A stretch of 64,000 nt of DNA from assembly GCA_951406725.2 (NCBI GenBank), contig OX597819.1, positions 64,914,001 through 64,978,000 of the forward strand, written 5' to 3'. Position numbers and translations under genes: made by a program. Positions 27,857-41,313 of the stretch are shown here, piece after piece. The notes beneath the pieces are model-generated. The model did no database searches, had not been told where the DNA came from, and saw only the letters and a list, made by a program, of their open reading frames with translations. This DNA comes from Octopus vulgaris. Its lineage: Eukaryota. Numbering within the stretch: the stretch's first letter is position 1; each line of letters starts with the position of its first letter.

Positions 27857-29744
27857 CTACTTGTTGAGTATCGCTGTCTGGAAGGTATCTCATAGTAGTT
27901 GAATAGTAGTTTTTAACTGCTATTTCTAAATTTCGGTATGTGGTGAAGCAAATTTTGCTGAACCCTAACTATAATTAGACTCATAATCATAGAATGTTTG
28001 TATAAGTTTACCGATAAGGGTTTTTTTAACATACCGATCTACTTGGTAAGATTATCAATTATTTATTAAATAATTAATTAATTCTACCCTTCATTATTAT
28101 TAGTATAATTAGTATAATTTCTCTAACACTTGACACTATTATCAATGATCTTAATGCTGCTACTAGTGCTCGAATTACTACGAAGATATTATACAATCCA
28201 ACACAGTTTTCATTAGTTGTTAAAATACGTTTGAATTCCAGTGATAAACAGTTGTAAAAATCAACTGCAGTCGAGTATATTCGTGACATTCATGAACACT
28301 GTGTTTTAGAAAAATCGTTTTCAAATGCTTTTGAAGAAAGCGATGCGCAAAAATACGAGTGTAATTCTCTATCAGTAAAAGAGAGGGATTAAAAGAAAGG
28401 ATGTTGATTGATATTTGTGTTTGTATGTTTGTGTCTACATTTATATCTTTGGATCACTGTATGTTGTTGCAAGTTTGTCTATATAAATATTGTCTCTCTA
28501 ACTTGTGAACAATACCAATGTGTATCCGTGTGTGACTTTCTGAATATTTTTTGTGTATTTGGCATTTTACATTAATAATATTAATGCATTAATGTTACAT
28601 TGTCCAAGTTATCTGTTCCAAGGGAAATGAGAAGGAGAACTTATTTATACCGTCTGCACATTCACATATACACATTCATACACCCACATTCTGTATGCAT
28701 GCATGTATCTATCTATCTATCTGTCTATCTATCAACAAGCGTTTGTGCGTGTGTATATGTATATATATATATATGTATAGACATATGTATGTGTGTATAT
28801 ATATATATATATTTATATATATTTATATATATATGTATATATATATATCTATATATATACAGGGAGAATTCGCAAAAAGACAAAAGACGAAGACAGTTGG
28901 TGTAGACAACAAACAGATGTATTAGTTTAACGCTCGGAAAGTGAAAAGATCTTTGACGTTTCGAGCTGATGCACTTCCAAAGAAAGGAACACAGAAAGAA
29001 ATATGGAGAGAAAATAAAGAATGTGTAGAGACTAGAGATCTATCATGACGAATGCCGGACAGAGGGGTCACACAGGAGATTTAGAAAGATGGGGAGATAA
29101 TAAAGTAGTGGTGATCCAAAAACGAAGGTGCGCTTACGTGTGTATAGGAGAGTATGTGTGTATAAGAGAATATTTATGTGCGTGTGGAGGAGGGTTGATG
29201 ACCTTGATGGTATGATGTGATGTGATGTGGTGTTGTGTGGTATGGTGGTGTAGGATGTAGGGGTGTGTGGTGTAGTGTGATGGTGTTGGGAGGTGGGGAA
29301 TGCGAGAGTGGGGAAAGCAAGGGTGGGAGTGGGTTAAGCTGAGGATGGGGGTAAATGTGGTGTATGTGGGTAGGATGACGGTGGGGGTAGAGGTGGTGTA
29401 TGTGCGAGTGGGTGTAAGGAATGGTTTGGGGTGGGATGGGATGGAATGGAAAGGGATGGTGGGGTTGGATTGTGTAATGATTGTGTAATAGTCTAATAAG
29501 GCTTTGCTATCCTTAAATGCCGACGTATAACAAAACCAATCGCACCGAAATCATATATATGAATATATATTTGAATGCATATACCTTTCTTTATATATAG
29601 GTATGTCTATATGTTTGTGTGTGTGTGTATAAACATATACGATAACATAAATAATATATAAATATATGCATTTATACATACATATATGCGCATACCTACA
29701 TCCACATGTATATATACATGCATATATTTATACATACATGGCAG

Positions 29745-29775
<31 letters not shown>

Positions 29776-29780
<5 letters not shown>

Positions 29781-30252
29781 ACAATATAAGGGCAAAAGAA
29801 AAATTATAATGCCAAATACTCCGAAGAAAAGACTAAAAAAGACATTGATAAAAATTTTTATCCTACATTAGTTATAAATTTGAATAGTGTTTACATCCGG
29901 ATTCTATCACTCTGTGAAAGTTTCTAGTTCGAATCACACGTGTCTCGAGACGTGCCGAAGATTTTCTATTTTGGATATATTTGGGGTACTTAGGTCTGCT
30001 CAGGACTTGGTGTTTGCTTTTTCCGTGGGTATGAGTAAATATTTCACTTATATCTCGCGTATTTACCGCTGAAGAGGAGAAAATTCTTATGAATTAACTC
30101 CGAAATTGGTCCAATACGGTAATAACGAATTTTTTAGAAATTTCCATCGGTTTGTTTCGAGACGCATAAATTATAATGGTTAATTGACATTTTTTGTCTT
30201 TTTGTCGGCATATTTGGCATTAGAATTTTTTCTTTGCCCTTATATTGTAAAT
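29776..30252 (+). mobile_element. Short fold-back element carrying a hammerhead (Penelope-like remnant)
   Basis: AATTTACAATATAAGGGCAAAAGAAAAATTATAATGCCAAATA at 29776 is the inverse of about 30205-30252; follows (TA)n; HHR at 30063. Confidence 0.65.
30063..30122 (+). ncRNA. Type I minimal hammerhead ribozyme motif
   Basis: TTACCG CTGAAGA GGAG(18 nt)CTCC GAA ATTGG T CCAAT A^ CGGTAA: helix I TTACCG/CGGTAA, intact CUGANGA and GAAA, helix II GGAG/CTCC, palindromic helix III, AUA site. Confidence 0.75.
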
Positions 30253-30342
30253 TATTTATAAAATTAATCTTTAAAGGTATTTTTTGATATGCTGGCCATT
30301 GATGAAATTTTTTTCCCGAAAAAAATGTTATCCTACATTAGT

Positions 30343-30436
<94 letters not shown>

Positions 30437-30815
30437 TGGTGGATAGCCATTCGTATGTGTGATAATCCCTCCTGGAAAAATCCCTGAGTAAATTTTGCAA
30501 ACAGCCGGTTGAGTATTATGTCAGTAATATTTTCTGATTGAAACATAATAATTGTGAGCATTGAGGTAATCAATTACATATATCAACGCATTAAATCGAT
30601 AAACCGATTCAATTAGTGCTCCACTTGAGATATCTTTGCATGTACACAACAATTCTTTCGTAGAACCACGTGGGATAAAAGGAAAATAGAAAACACAATT
30701 GTTCGTCTCTCTAAGGAAAACTTAGTAACTTAATATTTTATCAATAATATGGAACGGATGTAAGTAATTAACCACTGGAAGAGGTTTTATTGCAGCCGAA
30801 GGTAAGGTGTCTTAA

Positions 30816-31218
30816 GGCGGCGAGCTGGCAGAAACGTTAGCACGCCGGGCGAAATGATTAGCGGTATTTCGTCTGCCGCTACGTTCTGAGTTAATTTTCC
30901 GTCGAGGTCGACTTTGCCTTTCATCCTTTCGGGGTCGATTAAATAAGTGCCATTTACGCACTGGAGTCGCAATAATCGACTTAATCCGTTTGTCCCCACT
31001 GTGTTTAGCCCCTTGTGGGTAGTAAAAAAAATAGGTATTTCGTCTTCCGCTAGGTTCCGAGTTCAAATTCCGCCGAGGTCGACTCTGCCTTTTATCCTTT
31101 CGGGGTCGATTAAATAAGTATAAGTTACGCACTGGAGTCGATATAATCAACTTGATCCGTTTGTCTGTCCTTATTTGTTCTCTCTGTGTTTAGCCCCTTG
31201 TGGGTAGTAAAGAAATAA
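30816..31218 (+). mobile_element. tRNA-derived SINE family B, dimer with 18-bp TSD
   Basis: GGCGGCGAGCTGGCAGAAACGTTAGC head and two body units. TSD GAAGGTAAGGTGTYTTAA at 30798-30815 and 31219-31236. Confidence 0.85.
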
Positions 31219-31624
31219 GAAGGTAAGGTGTTTTAATTTTTAAGAGGGTGACGCAAATTCTCTTTGTTTACATATGCGATATCCACACCTAAAAGCTGAT
31301 AAAACCCGGTGACATATTGCGCTTTATACTCTTTGTATTAATCCGTGCTGCTATCTATTTCAGTACCCAAAATTGATTGAGTATTTAAGTGCTCAATTCT
31401 TTATGATTTTACTTTTCTCTATGCCAGTTTCTCCCTTTCTCTCTAGCACGCACCCACAGCTACATATACACGCACACTCTATGTCTCCCACTCCCTCTCT
31501 CTTTCTTTCTCTCTCCATCTATGTATTACTATCTCTCTCTATCTCTCTCTTCTATCATCAGGAATCTCAACAACAATTCTTGTGGACTCCAGCCTGACTG
31601 CAGACTAATGAGTGACCGAAGCAA

Positions 31625-31722
<98 letters not shown>

Positions 31723-31816
31723 CATATATGTGTGTGAGTCTGTGTGTCTGTGTTAAATAAAATGAGACAGATCGAAGGCTGTGTAGAATTTAAGGACATT
31801 TATAAAGAGAAAGTTA

Positions 31817-31864
31817 GTCTTACAGCTGTTTCTGGGATATTAGAGATATCCCTTTATCAGAGAC
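31817..31864 (-). ncRNA. Hammerhead motif with a G8>A change
   Basis: Minus strand GTCT CTGATAA A GGGATAT CTCTA ATATCCC A GAA ACAGCTGT A^ AGAC: helix I GTCT/AGAC, 7-bp helix II, palindromic ACAGCTGT, GUA site. Confidence 0.6.
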
Positions 31865-32807
31865 GATGTGAAATGGTTAAACAGAGGGAAATATTAGAGT
31901 TCAATACGAGGAGTTATTTCGGAAGTAAATAAGGAGTATATAGGGGGAAAAGGAGAATGAATGTTGAAATAGAAATAAAATGTATAAAGGTGCTATAGTT
32001 GCAGTTCCATTATTCAAGGAAAGCAGTGTGTAAAAGTGGTAAAAAATGGTAAAAAGGCTTCCTCTCCGTTGTATGTAAATTACAGTGGTAGTTCATATTT
32101 TGTCATCACAAATAGAAAGTGTGGTGACTTAGATTGTATGTGCTGTTCATTGAAAGAAGTCGTGTGGTGTGAATGAAAATTTGAGAATGTAATGGTAGTA
32201 TTAAGTGGATAGAGAGGAGAGAAGACATGTCTGTGCTAAAATGAAGAGATATAGGTCAAAGGAAAAGGTTGGAAAAGAAGAGGGAAAAAGGGGAAAAGAT
32301 AATGAATACAAGAAGAGAAATTGAAAATGTGTAAGAAGGTGAGAAAAAGGAGTGTTAGTTTGTGGTCAAGATAGTATGTGGAGGATAGGAGAGGATTAGG
32401 GAAGGGTAGGAAGAGATAAGAATGTAAGGATGAATATGTGTAAGGTGGGGTGAAATGTTAGAATGGCATTAAGGAATGGGTACAGAAAAAGGTATAGGAA
32501 GGGTTTTTTCTAAACCACGAATTGGAGGCGAAGAATACTAAGAATGGTCAACTTTCTATAAATAGACTAACGGCATTATTCTACTGGTTAATGTGATAGT
32601 GTGTGTAGAGGAATCAGAGAGAAAGAAAGAGAAATGTGTACATCGATATACGCAGGTGTATGCATTATATATAGGTCTGCGTACTTGAGTATTTCAACCC
32701 GTACGAATGCATGCATTCATACATACACATTCATACGCACACACATACATATACACACACAGTCATATAGATATATACGTATGCATGCACATATATATGC
32801 ATGTATA

Positions 32808-32890
<83 letters not shown>

Positions 32891-33119
32891 CATATATATA
32901 TGTACGTTTATGTGTATATGCATGTATAGTCGTGACACCTGGAACTTGACCGAGGAAAGAATGCGACGAATGACCCGCCTTTTCCTCCATGTCCTTCTAA
33001 TTGTTGTTTCTCTTGTGTGTGTATATATATATATATACCAATATATATTTATCTGTCTGTCTATCTATCTATTTATCTATCTATCTATGTATGCATGTAT
33101 CTATCTATATACATATATA

Positions 33120-33171
<52 letters not shown>

Positions 33172-33300
33172 TGTGTATGTGTATATATATATTGGAAGGC
33201 TTGGAGATGATGTACATGTATTATATATTAGAAATGAGGTACTCACAAGATCGGATGGTTTATATTTACAGATATTTATTTATATTTTACTTTATATTTT

Positions 33301-33355
<55 letters not shown>

Positions 33356-33539
33356 TATCACTTAGATCATTAGCGCCTCTCCCATTCTAGTGGGGTTTTC
33401 AAATCAAACTAAGTTCCTGTGTGAGGAATTTTGATCATTTTATAGAGTTTCGTAGTGGTGGGGAGGAATATAAGACAGTACAAGAGGATGATGGATGAGG
33501 AGAAAGTGAGAGAGAGAACATTTGTGTATGTGTGTGTGT

Positions 33540-33588
<49 letters not shown>

Positions 33589-34065
33589 TATCTGGGATAG
33601 ATGCCAAAGAGAAAGAGGGGAAGGGAGAGGGAAGAAGAAGAAAATAACTTTTTTGGTCTGCTGGACAGAATATTGATTCCAAGGGGGTTCTAAGGCCTTA
33701 GGAAAAAAAGAATTTCTGCTTTGACCTCTTCACAGTTTAACTGAGTGTGTGCTGGCGGGGAGGCAGGCCATAAACTATATTTCCTTTTATCATTGTGAGA
33801 ATGGTCAAATCCTTTTTTGGGTTTAAGAATTCTTTCCACTTTTTATGATCGTTTTGTAGAGGTGTGTGTGTGTGTCTGTGTGTGTGTCCGTGTGTGTGTG
33901 TGTGTGTGTGTGCGTGTTTGTGTGTGTGTGTGTGTGCGTGTGTGGGTATCTGTGTGTTTGGAGAAGAGAAGAGAGAAAAAAAAGAAGAAAAAGTGGAAAA
34001 AGAAGAAAAAGGAAAATAAGGGAGGAAGGGGAAAAATTGTGTTGATACTATATGCTTATACATGC

Positions 34066-34322
34066 TTATACATGAAATATTAGAAACACCTTTTATCGAT
34101 TCAAAATGAACAACTAAATTACACCATCTTGAAAATTGCATATCATAGGAAAGTTAAAATTAAAATGACAATTAAAAAGTAAAGATGAAGTAAATTACAA
34201 AAATAATATAATGTATATAACAGGCAATATATATATATACACACACACATATATATACATATACACAAATATACTAAATGTTCTACTATATTAAATTGTA
34301 AATCGAAAGATGTGTCCTTCAA

Positions 34323-34379
<57 letters not shown>

Positions 34380-34560
34380 GCTTATACGTGAAATATTAGA
34401 AAAAAACACCTTTTATCGATTCAAAATGAATAATCAAATTACACCATCTTGAAAATTGCATATCATAGGAAGGTTAAAATTAAAATGACAATTGGAAAGT
34501 AAAGATTAAGTAAATTACAAAAATAATATAATGTATATAACAGGTAATATATATACACAC
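34066..34560. repeat. Tandem duplicated AT-rich repeat unit; second unit split by the LINE
   Basis: GAAATATTAGAAA..CACCTTTTATCGATTCAAAATGAA occurs at about 34075 and 34390. The second unit resumes at about 36050 (TAAATGTTCTACTAT...CGAAAGAT.TGTCCTTCAAT). The same family forms a fold-back at 9355-9535. Confidence 0.75.
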
Positions 34561-34562
34561 AC

Positions 34563-34624
<62 letters not shown>

Positions 34625-34629
<5 letters not shown>

Positions 34630-36030
34630 CCTAAATTCAAATCAGCATGGCTTCCGCTGTGGCAGGGACTGTCTAACACAGCTCTTACACCACATTGAAG
34701 ATGTACTCAAAGCCTTGGGAACAGGTTCGAACTCTGACGTCATATACCTTGACTTCAGTAAAGCGTTCGACAGGGTAGACCATAACATCCTACTCTCAAA
34801 ATTGGCAAATGTTGGAATCCGTGGAAAAGTTCTACACTGGATTCAGTATTTCCTAGCGAATAGAACACAACATGTTGTAGTTGATGGAGTCCACTCAAAC
34901 CCAGCAAAAGTCACCAGCGGTGTTCCCCAGGGAACTGTTTTGGGTCAGCTACTCTTCATAATTTATGTAAACGACCTTTCCAGTGTCGTACATCACTGCA
35001 AAGTGAAAATATTCGCTGATGACACTAAGCTCCAGTAAATCGTCAATGAAGAAGCAGACCGAACTCAACTCCAGTCTGACCTATATGCTGTGAGTCAATG
35101 GGCAGACAGAAACAAAATGCAACTGAATGAGGGAAAATTTGAGCTGATGCATTTTGGAAGAAATTCCTCACTAAAACAACCATACTCTCTTCCTTCAGGG
35201 GAACTGCTCACAGCCTCTAACAATATCAGAGACCTGGGTGTAATTGTTGATGACGATCTCAGTTGGAGTGCACACATCAACAAGAAGGTCGATACAGCTC
35301 GTAGGATGAGTTCCTGGATCTTAAGAACTTTCCGGTCCAGAGAACAAGGTGTCATCATAACACTTTTTTCATCCTTTGTACGGCCACACCTTGAATACTG
35401 CTGCCCACTGTGGTCTCCTCACACAAGACAAAACATCTCCAGAATTGAGTCACCCCAGAGGGCTCTCACTAAATAAATTGAAGGCATGGCTGCTCTCGAC
35501 TATTGGGATCGCCTTAAAGCCTTGAAACTTTACTCCCTCCAGCGTCGCCGTGAGCTGTACATCATTTGTACGATGTGGAAAATATACCGCCAACTTTACC
35601 CAAACGACCTAAACATTAGCTTCAAGGTTCATCCGAGACTTGGACCACGGGCTATACGTCCCCTGCCAAATTCAAGATCACAACATACATGTACACTGCA
35701 ACATAATTTCTTTTCCTCAACAGGCCCTGCCCTATTTAACATTGTCCCGAGGGAGATCAAAGAGGAAAAGGATCCCATCAACTTCAAACAGAGTCTGGAT
35801 AGATTCCTTCAAAGAATACCAGACAAGCCACCCATAATTGGATACAACTCACTCAACAAGAACTCACTACTTGTACAAAACTGGATACAACTCACCCAAC
35901 AAGAACTCACTACTTGAACAAAACTTGACTTAAACAGGATTCGAATAATCCTATCAGGTGGTGCTATTAAGTTAGACATGGCCTGGACCAATCTCTGGTC
36001 GAAACATATCTAAGTTTTATCTAAGTTTTA
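34625..36030 (+). mobile_element. 5'-truncated non-LTR retrotransposon (CR1/Jockey-group LINE), RT domain to 3' tail
   Basis: NQHGFR, YLDFSKAFDRVDH, SGVPQGTVLG, FADDTK, RDLGV, VRPHLEYC, LYSLQRRR. Essentially one frame broken by single stops at 35036 and 35474. Tail (CTAAGTTTTAT)2; inserted in (TA)n. Confidence 0.92.
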
Positions 36031-36373
36031 TATATATAGATACACACACATATTAAATGTTCTACTATCTTATATTGTAAATCGAAAGATTTGTCCTTCA
36101 ATGTATGATGATTAAATTTCAGCAATTTAATTTGGGGAAGAACTTAGCTATGAAATATTTTTCTATATTCCTCCTGAAAGAGGTACCGTTCTTCGGACGT
36201 TTGTAGAAGGGAAATATCTTAAATTTTCCTCCTCCACACGTAGGTAGGTGTGTACTTAGTGGCATTTTGTGTTGTTCTTCCTGCCGAATATGTTGTTGGT
36301 GAATCCTGGCTTGCTGGCACAAAAAATTACCAGTTTCTCTTTAGCACCTATCCCAGATACAAACACACACACA

Positions 36374-36410
<37 letters not shown>

Positions 36411-36667
36411 ACATGTTCTCTCTCTCACTTTCTCCTCATCCATCATCCTCTTGTACTGTCTTATATTCCTCCCCACCACTACGAAACTCTATAAAATGAT
36501 CAAAATTCCTCACACAGGAACTTAGTTTGATTTGAAAACCCCACTGGAATGGGAGAAAGCGCTAATGATCTAAGTGATATGATATATATATATATATAAA
36601 ATGTAATATATAAATAAATATCTGTAAATATAAACCATCCGATCTTCTGAGTACCTCATTTCTTCAA

Positions 36668-36733
<66 letters not shown>

Positions 36734-38005
36734 ATGTATACTACGTGCTTGCATGTGTGTGTGTAAGAATATATATATAATGACATGCAAAGAGAGATAG
36801 AGAGAGATTTTACGTTTTTATAGTTATTGTAATTAAGAAATTTTGAGGGTAATGTCCGTGGAGTCAAAGAAAAACTAATAAAGAAGAAACAGGAATGAGA
36901 AATATGAAAGGCTTCTATGTTTCGTTGCACACACACAGCCCAAATAGATGTGAACGATACACGAACATGTCTAAGCTTTGCATATGCAGCCACTTCTGAG
37001 GACGGGCGAAAGATGCAAGGAAACAATGTGAGTCTGAATGAGAGTGAGATAAAGAGTGAGACTGTGTGTGCATGTGTCTGTGTGTGTGTTCGTGCGTGTG
37101 TACGTGTTTATGTACTATATTGTATGATAGATGTTTTTCTTGTTCAGGTAGAAGTGGCAATTCACGATTTACGTCACAGTGACGTATATTGCCTTTAGAC
37201 TGACAGCCTTCTCTGATCAGAGCGGAAGTCAATGTGAAGTCGTCCGGAAGAGAGTGAAAGTGCTAACAAAACACTGCAGGCAGAACTAATCGGTTTCAAT
37301 TGCCAAGCGATGCCGCTTCCATGGTCACATTGGTTGATAGTGTTTAAAAGTTTCCTGAGTTATTTCATCTGTAAGGATTGTATAGAAACGGGTTGTACAA
37401 GCTGGTAGTTGGGTGCAAGTTGTTCGCTGCTGTTCGTTTAATAGTTGACAATAGTGTGTGGGTAAGGGTGTACATGAATGAATGCACGAGTGAGGCTCAT
37501 GGAGGAAATGCGATAATGCTCTTAATGATGGATTTTCTATAGCAAGATGCTACAATTTTAAATTGATCATTTATAATCTTACGTGTTACTTATGGTTATA
37601 TTAAAGAGAGAAGATATCCGGGTGGTAAGTAGAACTGAAACAAAAAAAAAAGAAAAGAAAAGGCAGCGGTCGCGAGGAGCACCAATTGGTATCCGGTCGC
37701 AAGCACGGTTTATCCGTAACGTAGGCGCTTAATTCTCAATTGATTAAACACTTCATTGGCCACAAGAATCAGACAAAACTATCAGTCAAAACTAACGGCT
37801 GTAATATTATATATGCCAGACTAGAAGAAACATTGCACCACTACATAAAAGAAGTCGGTGCAAGAAATGTAAAAGAATGTGAGTTGTTCTGTGTATGCCA
37901 TCAAATATTAAGAGCAATTTATAATGTGTACTATATATATATAAACATTGTTGACACATGAAATGCTTGATTCAATAATCACAAGTCTAAACGTATCAGA
38001 ACTCA

Positions 38006-38063
<58 letters not shown>

Positions 38064-40266
38064 GTAAATGTAATATGTGACAATTATTCGGTAGCCATGA
38101 TGAAACTTGGAGTTTTATCATGGCTACCGAATAATTGTCACATATTACATTTATAGATAAATTCCTCTATCTATATAATATTGAGGTCTCTTTCATTCTT
38201 TTGTTGTCTTACCATTTTTATTAATATATATATATATATATATGTGCACGCACACATGTTTATTCATGAATTCATGCGTGAATATGTATACCTATACACA
38301 TATTCATTCCCGTATGTATTTAAGTTGCCATGGTTTTATATTAGAGAGATTTTATATAATTGGGTTTCATGAAATCGAAGCATATAAAACCTCATAGAAA
38401 CTTGTATAAATACAGTAATGTTAAATAGAAAATCCGTATTTTATCTCGTTTAATTATCTTTTGCAGACTTGCATTATATCAAGAGTATAAGTTTAAATTA
38501 CATCAGATACTGAGAACAATATTTTAGAAGTGAGGACAATGTTATTATACAATGTAATAGATGAAAACATACGATGCCAAATTAAGAGAATATATTGGGA
38601 ATTGAATACGTTTTAATATAAACAAAAATATAAATTATGATACGATAGAATTAATTGGATTAATATAAATTATAGATATAATGAAATGAAAATTTATATA
38701 GTCTGGAAATGTTGCTGGTTAGGTAAATTTGTAATCTGTTCAATTAGAAGAGGTTGAAGAATTAGTTATACTAAAGTTAACTATAGTAAAATAACCTTAA
38801 TGAAACTAAATAAATTGATGGTTTAAAACGTAATTGTAAGTTGCAAACTGTATAATTAAATAAAAATAATTAATGGTGCACCGTTAATTGACTCTAAGTT
38901 TATGCAATTAAAGGAATGTACTAAATGGAGATACTCAACTAGATTCTATGTTCCGGGTTTAACAGTCGGTTTTATGTAATTTGTCTGTAAGATCGTTATT
39001 AAATTGCAAAGCTATAATTATTTAAAGAGCTGTAGCTCATAGTTGAAACGTTCTATCGCACTTAGTGAACATGAACTTTGAGTTCAAAGAGTTTTCTATC
39101 TGAGTAAATATGGAATTTGTAGAATATATAATTAGTGCAAAGGCACTGATATAATATACTAAAGACTAAGTGTGTAGTCCTTAATTCATCATCTGTTTGG
39201 AAATATCATTAGATTGAAATACTTAAATATTCAAAATATCCGCTGTCTACAACATGCCGCTAATAATCTGTTGGCAATTAACTGCGTATAAAATTCACGG
39301 TAAAATTTCATAGGGTTATGTTGATATCATCAATGGAATATGTAGAGGCACATGGTTTTGTGGTTAGCGCAGCAGACACGCGGTCTAGGGATCACGGGTT
39401 CGAATCACAGACCGGGCGCTGTGTGTGTTTATGTGCGAAACCCCTAGGTTCCACGAGGATCCGTCAGAAGGTAATGGTGTACTTCTGTTGACTTTTTCAC
39501 CACAACTTTCTCTCACTCTTTCCTCTTGCATCTAGCAGCTGACCGGCATTGTATTCGGGTGAGAAACATATACGTAATGAAACCGAGAAACTGGCCCTTA
39601 TGATCTAAGCATGTCTCGAAAAGGAAGAAACAACAACAATCAGTGGAAGGTTTTGCCAAAGATGGAATTTGTTAGTTGCCATTATATTCCAAATATGAAT
39701 CGTGACCGATATCAACAATTTGTTTCTTGTTACTAAATTGAATGTCTGAAATTATTTTTTAATTTTTTAATTTGAGTTTGACGTCAGCATGGTTGAGAGT
39801 TTAAGACAGTCGCTTCGAAAAGTTGTGGTTTTAGGTTCAGTCTACACGACAACTTGATTAAGTGTATTCTGCTACAAAAGCGAGTCAACTAATACCTTTA
39901 AGGGTTTTTCATAGTAAAAAAACCAGTAGAAGCCCGTCGAATCTATATTCCTATATGTGCGAGTATGTGGTGTATGTGTTTGTGTGTGTGTGTGTGTGTG
40001 TTCGTGTGTGTGTGTGTGTGTGTATGTTTATTTTTGACGCTATGAGAATTTATAAATCTTCAAGAGCGAAATCGAGTAGTACCCGTATTTCAAAAGACCA
40101 GCCTTGTTACACTCTGTATCACATTAAATCACTATGAGAGCTACGTTAAGGTTACACGTGTCTATGGAGTGCTCAGCCATTTGCACGTTAATTTCACGAG
40201 CAAGTATTCCGTTGATCGTATCACCTAGGACCCTCATCGTCGTAGCCGACGGACTGTTCAAAAAAA

Positions 40267-40299
<33 letters not shown>

Positions 40300-40301
40300 T
40301 G

Positions 40302-40337
<36 letters not shown>

Positions 40338-40344
40338 CATAAAT

Positions 40345-40424
<80 letters not shown>

Positions 40425-40659
40425 GTTAATATTTCTAAAACTCTCTAAACTAGACTATGGAAGCGGTACTGGGTATTAATAGTTATCGCCAAGCTGACAA
40501 GACAGCATGGCAGTCATGGAAAAATAGGACGAATGCCGCCGTTGATTTGCTCCAGGAGGCCATCGCCTGTAGCTAGCTATGGGATAAACAAACCTGTGTC
40601 CATTATTATAATACCTTCGAAACGAGGAAGTCAGCAGCTTCCCCTTGCTGGTTTGGCAA

Positions 40660-40701
40660 CCACAGACTAGTTTCGGTGTAGTTGCCCCTTATCAATGTGG
40701 A
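40660..40701 (-). ncRNA. Hammerhead motif, U3-A8 core variant
   Basis: Minus strand CCACA TTGATAA GGGGCAACTACACC GAA ACTAGT C^ TGTGG: helix I CCACA/TGTGG, palindromic ACTAGT, GUC site. Helix II is weak. Confidence 0.6.
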
Positions 40702-41025
40702 GTAGTCGCCAAACCAGCAAGGGGAAGCTGCTGACCTCCTCTGTTCGAAGGTTATTATGGACACAGGTTTGTGAGTCACATAGCTAGCTAGAGGTGATGG
40801 CTTCTTGGAACTATTCAACGGCAACATTCGTCCTATTTTCCTGGACTACCATGTTAGCTTGGCGATAACTATTAATACCCAGTACCGCTGCCGTAGTCTC
40901 CTTTAGAGAGATTTAGCAATGCACATATTTTTATTTTTGAAAACCAACTGGATGTATTCCACTGAATTTAGGTGAATAACCCTTCGAAAAGTCGGTCATT
41001 GGCGACACCTGGTGGGTTCGGCTAC

Positions 41026-41068
41026 TCCACATGGATAAGGGGTAACTAACACGAAACTAGTCTGTGGA
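41026..41068 (+). ncRNA. Second, more decayed copy of the U3-A8 hammerhead motif
   Basis: TCCACA TGGATAA GGGGTAACTAACAC GAA ACTAGT C TGTGGA. Confidence 0.5.
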
Positions 41069-41232
41069 TGCCAAACCAGCACGGGGAAGCTGCTGACTTC
41101 CCCTATTCGGCGGTTATAATGGACAGAGGTATGTGTGTCACATGGCTAGCTACAGACGATTGCCGCTAGGAGGTAATCAACGATAGCATTCGTCGTATTT
41201 TCCTGGACTGCCATGTTAGCTTGGCGATCACT

Positions 41233-41313
<81 letters not shown>

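Larger units (their letters stand above)
33230..36663. repeat. Inverted repeat pair (33230-33614 and 36333-36663) bracketing the LINE
   Basis: AGAAATGAGGTACTCA...GATCGGATGGTTTATATTTACAG...GTATCTGGGATAG is reproduced in reverse complement, including the internal (TA)n and (GT)n tracts. Confidence 0.85.
40431..41235 (+). mobile_element. Short Penelope-like element: inverted 5' repeat plus two tandem direct repeats, flanked by (TA)n
   Basis: 40431-40655 is the reverse complement of 40711-40920; 41073-41235 repeats 40711-40875 directly; hammerhead motifs lie inside the repeats. Confidence 0.7.

Noticed and set aside
32601-33365. 254-aa ORF, and the many other YI/HT/CV/YLSI-rich ORFs in the track
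   Set aside because: They are translations of stop-free microsatellites and show no domain signal.
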